A DNA stretch of 60,909 nucleotides, filler included, from Nitrospinota bacterium (GCA_022562795.1; 4 parts of 4 records of this genome joined end to end with filler, not necessarily neighbours in it); one strand, 5' to 3'; positions 8,624 through 15,879 are shown, numbered from the whole stretch's first letter. Notes: generated by a model from the letters alone, not told the origin. Translations and numbers: made by a program.

Positions 8624-9280
8624 CTAACATTCGACCTCGGCTTTGGCAAGTTTCGAATGGGCGAGCAGCGATCCGATGTAGCGACAGCCATCCTGTGAGC
8701 TCCAGTTCCTGCCTCCAATGGCACGACCCACAATGTTTCCATCAGGGTCGATGAGAACCGTCATGGGGATGGACCATAGACCGTAAAGTGACGCGACTTT
8801 CCCCCTGCGGTCCAACAGAGCGGGGAAGGTCAAGCGGAACTGCTCCATGAAAGCTCTGACCGTGGAAGGGTTTTCCTTGAGATTTACAGCGAGAATTGTG
8901 AATCCGTAGTCTTTGAACTTTTGATAGAGCCGTTCCATAGAGGGCATCTCTGCCCGGCACGCAGGGCACCAGGAAGCCCACAAGTTCAGGAACACAACAC
9001 TGCCCCGGAAGTCTTTCAATGCGACTTGATTCCCTTCTGAATCGGGAAGCGTAAACTCAGGTGCCTTCATCGGCGGCACCGCTTTGAGCACTCCAAGGGT
9101 GGATGCGTAGTGGTCTTTCCCCTGAACGCTTGGAGGGAACACGGTGAATCCCGCCACCAAGCCTAGACCCACCGCCAGCCACGCCCAACGGGCGATAAAA
9201 CCATCTCGGTGGCGTGTCCTTGATAGACGTCTCGGTTGTCTCATCCTTCCCTCACAAAAGGAATGGTTACTTCCTGGCAC
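8624..9280 (-). CDS. TlpA/ResA-like thiol-disulfide oxidoreductase
   Basis: 'NLWASWCPACRAEMP', 'SIPMTVLID'. Confidence 0.9.
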   Translation of the reverse strand: MPGSNHSFCEGRMRQPRRLSRTRHRDGFIARWAWLAVGLGLVAGFTVFPPSVQGKDHYASTLGVLKAVPPMKAPEFTLPDSEGNQVALKDFRGSVVFLNLWASWCPACRAEMPSMERLYQKFKDYGFTILAVNLKENPSTVRAFMEQFRLTFPALLDRRGKVASLYGLWSIPMTVLIDPDGNIVGRAIGGRNWSSQDGCRYIGSLLAHSKLAKAEVEC

Positions 9281-9375
9281 CGAAGCCCCCTGGTCCCTCG
9301 TTTAGCAGCCAGAGCAACAGCCTCTGACAGCCTGGGTTCAGGGAAACTAGCTAGGCAGTTAGGGAGTTCTGGGGC

Positions 9376-9753
9376 TTATACGGATCGTGGAGGGTGTTCT
9401 TCCGGAGGCGTGACCAACGAAACGATCCTAATTTGCATGGGAAGGGATATAGACTCAACGTGGGAGATGGAGGTCGCTGAGGCCTGCATCCCGAGGAATG
9501 GCGTCAGGTCGTAGGCCAGGAGGCAAACTGTGCAAGGGTTGCTATCAGTTGAGGAAGAGTTAGAAGGTGAAGGGCTTTGGTTACTATTCCCGCTACGAGG
9601 AGGGCACTCGCCGGGTCCCATGCGCGTACACGGGCCCTTGTCGCCCGACATGCATTGGTCCTGAGCGCTGGCGGTTGGTGTGAAGGGAATTACCCCCAAG
9701 AGTGTGGGGACTATAAAGGATACAAGCACCAAAATGTGGAGGAGCCGTTTCAT
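9376..9753 (-). CDS. Cys-rich exported hypothetical protein (CxxC ... C-terminal HPPR, DUF2946-like)
   Basis: Signal peptide, 'PCTVC', ends 'PPEEHPPRSV'. A sigma70-like promoter TTGACT-17-TATGTT lies at 9786-9814 on the minus strand. Confidence 0.6.
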   Translation of the reverse strand: MKRLLHILVLVSFIVPTLLGVIPFTPTASAQDQCMSGDKGPCTRMGPGECPPRSGNSNQSPSPSNSSSTDSNPCTVCLLAYDLTPFLGMQASATSISHVESISLPMQIRIVSLVTPPEEHPPRSV

Positions 9754-9850
9754 ACGATCTTAGTCCTTCTTTCTACTGGGCCCCCAACATAGATGTGCCT
9801 TCTCGGAAAGTCAAGAATGTTATTAATAAAACTCGGCAAGCGCGGGCCAC

Positions 9851-10213
9851 TTACTTGCCTGCCTCTTTGGCCTGATTGCGACCCTGTTGAATCATCCTGT
9901 CGCCTTGTTTGGCCATCATCTCGGCCATCTTCTTCATCATCTGACCCTTGAGGACCATCATCTCGCCATGCAATTTGGGGTCCGCGTCCCGGCCGCCCAT
10001 CATCCCATGCATCATCCCATGCATCATCCCGTGCATCCCGCCGTGACCCGTCTTACCGCTGTGGCCCGTCATGCCCGAGCCCATCATGCCGCCCTGTCCC
10101 ATCATGCCCATGCGTCCCGAATGGGCCTCTTTCTTTTCAGCCTGAGCCAGGGAGACGACCAAAACGATGGCCAATCCCGTGATTGCCACTATTCCGAGTG
10201 CCTTTTTCATCAT
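9851..10213 (-). CDS. Met/His/Gly-rich periplasmic protein (possible metal-binding)
   Basis: Signal peptide followed by 'GMMH' repeats. Confidence 0.75.
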   Translation of the reverse strand: MMKKALGIVAITGLAIVLVVSLAQAEKKEAHSGRMGMMGQGGMMGSGMTGHSGKTGHGGMHGMMHGMMHGMMGGRDADPKLHGEMMVLKGQMMKKMAEMMAKQGDRMIQQGRNQAKEAGK

Positions 10214-10302
10214 CTTGACTCCTTTCGAGCGGTCGTAAGTTCCAGCAAGACAGACTTCGGGGGGATTCCCGATCCTGACCCTTTAGATGGTGGCAACCTG
10301 GT

Positions 10303-11589
10303 TTAGGTTCCCCGTTTTCCCGGGAGAGTCTCGTACATGCGGAAGGCGACGACGAGTCCCGAGAGCATCGTGAGAGCCGCGATGACGTGGATGGCCGCCT
10401 TCATCCCGACGAAGTCGGCGATGAGGCCCGCGAGGAGCGCCCCGACGGCGTAGCCCAAATCCCGCCAGAAGCGGTAGACCCCGAGCGAGGTCGCCCGCCA
10501 CTCGGGGTGGGCCACGTCGCCCACCGCCGCAATAATGACCGGGTAGACCATCGCGGTGCCCAGGCCCTGGATCACGGCCGCCACTATCCACCACGAATAG
10601 GTGGGCAGGAGCGCCGTCATCCAAATCCCAACGGCCTGGACGGTCATCCCTCCGACGATGAGGTGCTTTCGCCCGATCTTATCGCTCAGGGGGCCGGTGA
10701 CGGGCTGCAGAATCCCCCAGACCATTGGGTAGACGGCCTTGATGACGCCGATGGCCGCAATCCCCAGACCGTAGGATGAGAAGAAGAGGGGGTAGATGCC
10801 CCAAGACATCCCGTCGTTGAGGTTGTTCACCAACCCGGCCTGGCTGCAAGAGGAAAGCGCCCGCTCCTTCCACGTCGTCAGGGAGAAGATCTCTCGCAGG
10901 GACGGTTGCTCCTTGGCCATAGGTTCAGGATTGCCCGTCCCCGGATTGCCGCTCGGCGCCGCCCGGAGGCGGGCCTCGTAGCGGACGTGCTCGATGGTAT
11001 CCCTGACGAAAAACGTCGATACCAGGAGCCCCGCAAAGGCGATGCCGATACCCATGTAGAAAGGCTCGGGCCGCAGGCTGTAGCGTGCGGCGATCTCGCC
11101 TGTGAGCAACGCCATGATGCCGACCGAGAAGTAGCCTGCGAACTCGTTCAGCCCGACAGCCAGGCCCCGCCTCTTTGGGCCTACGAGATCGATCTTCATG
11201 TTGACGGTCATCGACCAGGTGAGGGCCTGGTTGATGCCGAGCAGCACGTTGGCCACGTCGAACCAGAACCAGCTGTTGGCGTAGATGATGATAAACGGCA
11301 CGGGCAGGCCGATTATCCAGCCCAAGACGAGCACGCGCTTGCGGCCCCAGGTCTCGGAGATGCGGCCCGCTAATAAGTTGCAGAGAGATTTCACCACGCC
11401 GAAGGTGATGATGAACGAGACAATGGCGGTCTTGGAGGTGAGGCCGAACTCCTGCTCGCCGATGAGGGGGACAACGGTGCGCTCCAGACCTACCATGGAG
11501 CCCACGAACCCCACCGTCAAGAGAAGCAGCGTGAACTGCTGCCAGTTTTCTTTGATGCCAAGCTTGATCTGGTCGTGTTGGGCCGGCAT
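10303..11589 (-). CDS. MFS transporter
   Basis: About 12 hydrophobic segments, motif A 'GPLSDKIGRK', 'GVYRFWRDLGY'. Confidence 0.9.
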   Translation of the reverse strand: MPAQHDQIKLGIKENWQQFTLLLLTVGFVGSMVGLERTVVPLIGEQEFGLTSKTAIVSFIITFGVVKSLCNLLAGRISETWGRKRVLVLGWIIGLPVPFIIIYANSWFWFDVANVLLGINQALTWSMTVNMKIDLVGPKRRGLAVGLNEFAGYFSVGIMALLTGEIAARYSLRPEPFYMGIGIAFAGLLVSTFFVRDTIEHVRYEARLRAAPSGNPGTGNPEPMAKEQPSLREIFSLTTWKERALSSCSQAGLVNNLNDGMSWGIYPLFFSSYGLGIAAIGVIKAVYPMVWGILQPVTGPLSDKIGRKHLIVGGMTVQAVGIWMTALLPTYSWWIVAAVIQGLGTAMVYPVIIAAVGDVAHPEWRATSLGVYRFWRDLGYAVGALLAGLIADFVGMKAAIHVIAALTMLSGLVVAFRMYETLPGKRGT

Positions 11590-11699
11590 GGCTGACGCCC
11601 CTAGCCTTTCCAGACTCTGTCACCACGACGCAGGGGCCTTGCCTCGAGTCGAAGGACCGAGACGCGAATGAGTCCCGTCGAGCTCCTGGTGGGGTTACC

Positions 11700-12434
11700 T
11701 TACGTCGTCAGGCCCATGTTGGACCGTCGAATATTGGCGAAATCTTCGGGCTGGGGCGGGATGTCCTGGGCCAAAGCCTTTATAAACTCATCCTTGGAGC
11801 GGGCCTGGAGCCCGATGTTGAACCGCTTCTCGAATCCGATGGTGGAGCTCGGCTTCCCGCTCATGTGGCGGCCACAGACCGAGCCCGCGGAGTGGGCGGG
11901 ATAAATTTCAAGGGCATCGTCCAGGGCCAAGAGCTTTCCAAAGAGGCTCTCGTAGAGCTGAGCAGCCCCTTCGCGCGTATCGAGCACCAGGTCGGGCCGG
12001 CCCACGTCGCCCACAAAGAGAGTATCGCCAGTGAGGACGAACCAAGGCCCCTCGCCACGGGAGCGGTCTTCGACTACGAGGCACATGCTCTCGGGGGTAT
12101 GGCCAGGAGTGTGAAGGGGCGACATCACAACGTTGCCCACCGCCACCTCATCTCCCTCGGCCAGCGGCACAAACTCGTAGGCGGCCTCGGCGGACTCGTG
12201 CAGGTAAATGGGCGCCCCGGTGGCCTCGGCGAGCTTGCGGCTTCCGGAGAGGTGGTCGGCGTGGATGTGGGTGTCGATGATATGGGTGATCTTAACGCCT
12301 GACTTCTCGGCGAGCTGGAGGTAGGGCTCGATCCCCACCTGGGGATCAACGATGGCGGAGCATCCTTTGCCCCCTCACGCCAGGAAGTAAGCCAGACACC
12401 CTCCCGGGTCGTGTCGGAGCTGCTCGAAAATCAT
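11700..12434 (-). CDS. MBL-fold metallohydrolase (persulfide dioxygenase/glyoxalase II-like), putative selenoprotein (Sec20)
   Basis: RBS AAGGAG + ATG at 12434: MIFEQLRHDPGGCLAYFLA-U-GGKGCSAIVDP..., TGA at 12375-12377; 'THIHADH', 'TPGHTPES', 'TGDTLFVGDVGRPD'. Confidence 0.85.
12330..12347 (-). promoter_or_regulatory. Candidate SECIS hairpin (MBL gene)
   Basis: GATCCCC-AGGT-GGGGATC, loop 34 nt after the UGA. Confidence 0.45.
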
Positions 12435-12488
12435 CGCCTTCTCCTTATCTATAGAGCCACGACGATACCGGCCGTTGGGCCGCTCGCC

Positions 12489-13163
12489 TCACTCCTGGCC
12501 CACGGCTACGGGCAAACCGGCTACTCGCCACTCGGGAACCCCCTCTTCAAAGCGGCGGGCCGTGAAGCCCCGTTCGCGGAGGAGCTCGACGGCGTGAACG
12601 GCGAAGACGCAGTACGGCCCCCGACAATACGCGATAATCTCCTGGTCCGTCGGCAGCTCGGCCAGGCGCCGCTCAAGCTCCTCCAGAGGAACTGAGACGG
12701 CCCCCGGGATGTGTCCCGCCCGGTACTCCTCGGCGGGGCGGACGTCGAGGAGAGTCACGTGGCCCTCCCGCACCCATTCCAAGAGCTCTCGGCGACCGAC
12801 GGGCTCCAGCGCTTCGGGGACCTCGAAGTAGTCCTGAACGACCCGCTCGATGTCGGCCAGACGGCGTTCGGCCAGCGATCTGAGAGCGATCCAGAGGCCG
12901 CCTACGGCCTCGTCAGCAAGGCGATAGAAGACGTAGAGGCCCTCCTTGCGCGCCTCGACGAGACGGGCCTCCCGGAGCACCTGTAGGTGCTGGGAGCAGT
13001 TGGCCAGGCCGAGGGAAGCCTCTCTGGTCAAGCTCTCGACCGTTCGCTCCCCCTGGGCCAAAAGATCAAGCAGCTCCAGCCGCTTGGGGCTGGCGAGCGC
13101 CTTGCCGATGCGGGCGAACTGCTCGTAGAGCTGGTCTTTAAACATGCGGCCCTGCTTGGACAT
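12489..13163 (-). CDS. ArsR/SmtB-family regulator fused to a rhodanese domain
   Basis: 'KALASPKRLELLDLLAQGERTVE...SQHLQVL' HTH; 'LDVRPAEEYRAGHIPGA', 'YCRGPYC'. Confidence 0.92.
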   Translation of the reverse strand: MSKQGRMFKDQLYEQFARIGKALASPKRLELLDLLAQGERTVESLTREASLGLANCSQHLQVLREARLVEARKEGLYVFYRLADEAVGGLWIALRSLAERRLADIERVVQDYFEVPEALEPVGRRELLEWVREGHVTLLDVRPAEEYRAGHIPGAVSVPLEELERRLAELPTDQEIIAYCRGPYCVFAVHAVELLRERGFTARRFEEGVPEWRVAGLPVAVGQE

Positions 13164-13180
13164 AGCGAGTCTCTCTCAAG

Positions 13181-13227
13181 TATTCAATTGATTACTTAAA
13201 TATATATAACAAAAAAATACCTGTCAA
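13181..13227 (-). promoter_or_regulatory. Sigma70 promoter with overlapping inverted repeat (probable ArsR operator)
   Basis: Minus strand TTGACA (13222-13227)-17 nt-TATATT (13199-13204); imperfect palindrome TATTCAA-N8-TTAAATA at 13181-13202. Confidence 0.7.
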
Positions 13228-13343
13228 GTCTTTTTTTAGGAGGCCCCAAAGAACACTATTAATTGGGAGAGCTTAATTGGGTAACGGCTTCGCTTCAAGA
13301 CCAACCTGTGCAATGGAATTAACGAGGGCATGGCTGTAGGTTG

Positions 13344-13910
13344 TCATTCGGCAAGCAATGGACTCACTTCCTCAAGGAGTTTGTCCGCCGTCTGGATAAC
13401 CGTAGACCCCCAGCCTACCAAGGGTTCGGGGATCACATCCCATCTGGCCTCGCCTCCGTAGAGCAAATAGGCGTCCCAGACGATATCCTCCTGGAGGGGC
13501 TGACCACCTTTTATTTGTTCAATCTCCTTGACGCTCAGGCTCGAGCGAGGAGCCTCCCCTGTGACCCAGTCTCTTTCCGTAAAGGAAGGGAGGACGTGCT
13601 CTTTGACCCACCTTCCCAGGGTTCGCTCTTCATCCCAAAAGTGCGTGACTCGGGGGTCACCCAACCGCTCCTTCGCCTCAGAAAGTCGCTCTTGGGCATC
13701 GCTGCTTAACATAGACAGCCAAATGGCATAAACGGAAATTTCGGAAGAGGGGTTTTTCGCCAGAATCTCCTGCTGCACCCAACGGGTGCCGTCCTCACAG
13801 ACCCCTCACGTCGGGGAGAGAAGGAGAATCAGACGAGGCCTGCCCTGGTCCTGGTTAAAGAGCGTCTTTAGCTGCGCAAGAACAGTCTCCGCACCGCTTG
13901 TCTCTTGCAT
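13344..13910 (-). CDS. Thioredoxin-fold protein, putative selenoprotein (Sec35, LSPTUGVC)
   Basis: ATG at 13910: MQETSGAETVLAQLKTLFNQDQGRPRLILLLSPT-U-GVCEDGTRWVQQEIL...; TGA at 13806-13808; also 'DPRVTHFWD', 'WDAYLLY'. Confidence 0.88.
13775..13789 (-). promoter_or_regulatory. Candidate SECIS hairpin (SPTU gene)
   Basis: GCACCC-GTT-GGGTGC, loop 22 nt after the UGA. Confidence 0.65.
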
Positions 13911-13927
13911 ATTGCTCCCCTCTCAGG

Positions 13928-14224
13928 CTAAGGGTTAGCTTTTGCCTTAAAGCCGGCTCGCTCGATGGCCTTGATAAGTTCTTCCAGGGTAACTCTATCC
14001 AGGTCGTACTGAACCACCGCCTCCGGGGGTTTGAAGGTCACTTTGGCTTGCTTAACTCCGTCCAGCCTCTCCAAGGCCGTCTTGACCAAGACGGGTCAGG
14101 CGCCTCAGACCATGCCTTCAATGGTGAGAGTGACCGTCTGAAGCTCGGCCACAGCGGGACCCACGACCATCCCCACAAACAGCAGACCGAGAATCAGGGC
14201 AATCATTATTGTGTGTCGACTCAT
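13928..14224 (-). CDS. merP: MerP-like periplasmic heavy-metal-associated (HMA) protein, putative selenoprotein with UxxU (U40, U43)
   Basis: Signal peptide + ELQTVTLTIEGMV-U-GA-U-PVLVKTALERLDGVKQAKVTF...LIKAIERAGF; TGA at 14105-14107 and 14096-14098. Absent from the ORF track. Confidence 0.9.
14063..14094 (-). promoter_or_regulatory. Two overlapping candidate SECIS hairpins (merP-like gene)
   Basis: CCGTCTT-GGTC-AAGACGG (14077-14094, loop 17 nt after UGA1) and CGGCCTT-GGA-GAGGCTG (14063-14079, loop 23 nt after UGA2). Confidence 0.55.
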
Positions 14225-14236
14225 CGTTCCAACCCC

Positions 14237-14599
14237 TCAGCTGGGCAGGGCCGACATAAGCAGCTTGGAGGCGAACGCCGGGAATAGGTCGAAGAAAACG
14301 GCCACCGTCACCACAGCCGTGGCAAATATCAATAGAGTAAAGTTGAGCTTCGCTCCCACCATCCTACAGGCCAAGGTGCGGCAGCGACGCCGCTCGCGGA
14401 AGTAGAGGAAGTAACCCAGGGCCACCCCTCCCACACCCGTCGGGATGAGAACCGCACGGTATTTCATCGTGGTCGCCATGAAAGCGCCGCTGCCAAGGCC
14501 GAGCAGGATGACCGCCAGCGGCAATACACAGCAGAGCGACGCGGCGAGGGCCGAGACGAGGCTGACCACCCCGCTTTTGATTTCACCCACCTTCATCAC
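14237..14599 (-). CDS. merT: MerT-like mercuric transport protein (Cys form)
   Basis: 'AASLCCVLPL' in TM1, cytoplasmic 'CRTLAC', three TM segments. Confidence 0.85.
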   Translation of the reverse strand: MMKVGEIKSGVVSLVSALAASLCCVLPLAVILLGLGSGAFMATTMKYRAVLIPTGVGGVALGYFLYFRERRRCRTLACRMVGAKLNFTLLIFATAVVTVAVFFDLFPAFASKLLMSALPS

Positions 14600-14608
14600 C
14601 TCTCCCTT

Positions 14609-14854
14609 CTACGAAATTTCCAGGAGCCGTTGGAGCTTCCCCCGGTCGAAGCCGATGACCACCTCGTCACCGATAATCACTATGGGCACCGCCCGGGCCC
14701 CCGTCAGGCGGACCACCTCTTCCAAGGCTTCCGGGTCGTCCATCACGTTGTGGTCGGTGAAGGCGACCCCCTTTGCTGAAAGGAACCCTTTCAGTCCCTG
14801 GCAGGAGCTTCACGTGGGGCTTGAGTAGACGACGACGGACTTTTCTTCACTCAT
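14609..14854 (-). CDS. Glutaredoxin/NrdH-like protein, putative selenoprotein (Sec15, USSC)
   Basis: MSEEKSVVVYSSPT-U-SSCQGLKGFLSAKGVAFTDHNV...RAVPIVIIGDEVVIGFDRGKLQRLL; TGA at 14810-14812. Absent from the ORF track. Confidence 0.92.
14776..14794 (-). promoter_or_regulatory. Candidate SECIS hairpin (glutaredoxin gene)
   Basis: Perfect 8-bp stem CTGAAAGG-GTT-CCTTTCAG, loop 23 nt after the UGA. Confidence 0.7.
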
Positions 14855-14899
14855 AACGGGTTCTCCCTTATTATCCCTTTTTCTCCTCAGGCGCCGTTA

Positions 14900-15199
14900 T
14901 CAAACTTCCAAAGCCCAAGCCCCGTACTCGAAGCTCAGGCGAAAGGCTCGGTCACAATGCTCAACCATATCCCCCACTTGAACGTCGGTATCCAGCTCAA
15001 GTGCCTCGTAACACACCGGGCAGGAGGCGGTGGGAATGGGCTCCAGCGCCCACTGGTCCTTCTGTCTGACAAGTCGATAGGCGCTCCCCGCGCACACGTC
15101 ACATAACACACGGTCGCCTTCTTTATCATCGGGCTCCAGAGCTTTCATCTCCCCGCATCCAGGGCAGAGAGCCTTTCTCTCTCCCTCACTCGCACTCAC
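14900..15199 (-). CDS. Small tandem zinc-ribbon protein
   Basis: CPGC, CDVC, CPVC and HC motifs; GTG start overlaps the end of merF. Confidence 0.7.
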   Translation of the reverse strand: MSASEGERKALCPGCGEMKALEPDDKEGDRVLCDVCAGSAYRLVRQKDQWALEPIPTASCPVCYEALELDTDVQVGDMVEHCDRAFRLSFEYGAWALEV

Positions 15200-15413
15200 T
15201 TTGGCACCGCCTCCGCTGGACCCAGCCAACGACGGCCAGAACGACAAAGAGCCCCAGGGCTGGAAAGAGCACGTAATCGAGGTAGCCGACGATAGCCGAC
15301 CATCCCACAACCGTCACGAGGACCACCAGCACGGGCGTGAAGCAGCAGACGGCCGCCACGACAGCCCCTATAATCCCAGTACGATGAAGACGAACGGCCG
15401 ACTTGAGATTCAC
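15186..15413 (-). CDS. merF: MerF mercuric transport protein
   Basis: 'GIIGAVVAAVCCFTPVLVVL...GYLDYVLFPAL', C-terminal Cys pair. Confidence 0.9.
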   Translation of the reverse strand: MNLKSAVRLHRTGIIGAVVAAVCCFTPVLVVLVTVVGWSAIVGYLDYVLFPALGLFVVLAVVGWVQRRRCQSECE

Positions 15414-15427
15414 TCCGCCTCTTTCTC

Positions 15428-15745
15428 CTACACAAAAAGCCTAAGCCACGGAGCCGACCAAAAGAAGAGGCTCACCGCCAGCGCCCCCCAGAGGTAACGG
15501 CGCCGCTTGGGCCCACCCATCCCTTTAGTGTAGCTCAAGTAAAAGGCTACACCAATGGACAGAACGGATACCGGAAGAAGATAGACCCTGTAGGCCGCCA
15601 AACTGACGGCTCCCAGGCCTCCGCTCGTAACCCCAAAGGCGGCGAAGACCAACGGAAGAATTCATCAGATATTCGGCAGCAACGAGGTCACCACGGAGAC
15701 GGCCCCGGTCCAAAGGGGCTTAGCTCCTCGATCCATGTTCCTCAT
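15428..15745 (-). CDS. MerT-like transporter, putative selenoprotein with adjacent Sec-Sec (U27, U28)
   Basis: MRNMDRGAKPLWTGAVSVVTSLLPNI-U-U-ILPLVFAAFGVTSGGLG...YRVYLLPVS; TGATGA at 15662-15667 aligns with 'CCVLPL' of the neighbouring MerT. Confidence 0.85.
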
Positions 15746-15879
15746 GTCTCCTTCTAACCATTCCTTGGGTTATCTCTGTTCAACCCCATCGATCTGGAGC
15801 GCGCATTCCGGTCTCGCCCACGAACTCCTGAAAAAAGGCGCCCAGATGGGCCGGTTAAGGCCCACGAGGGCAACAGGCC

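Noticed and set aside
9990-10115. Short tandem repeats (CATCATCCCATG-like) as a possible array
   Set aside because: They encode the GMMH repeats of the Met/His-rich protein; there are no spacers, so this is not CRISPR.
4932-15745. Alternative genetic code (UGA = Trp or Gly) as the explanation for the in-frame TGAs
   Set aside because: TGA is a normal stop in many genes here (trxA, gnd, dnaN, ArsR-rhodanese), TGG is used for Trp, and the in-frame TGAs sit mainly at Cys motif positions.
4932-15745. Island-wide pseudogenisation
   Set aside because: All ten interruptions are TGA, there are no TAA/TAG or frameshifts in these genes, and they target functional Cys positions, including both residues of two pairs.
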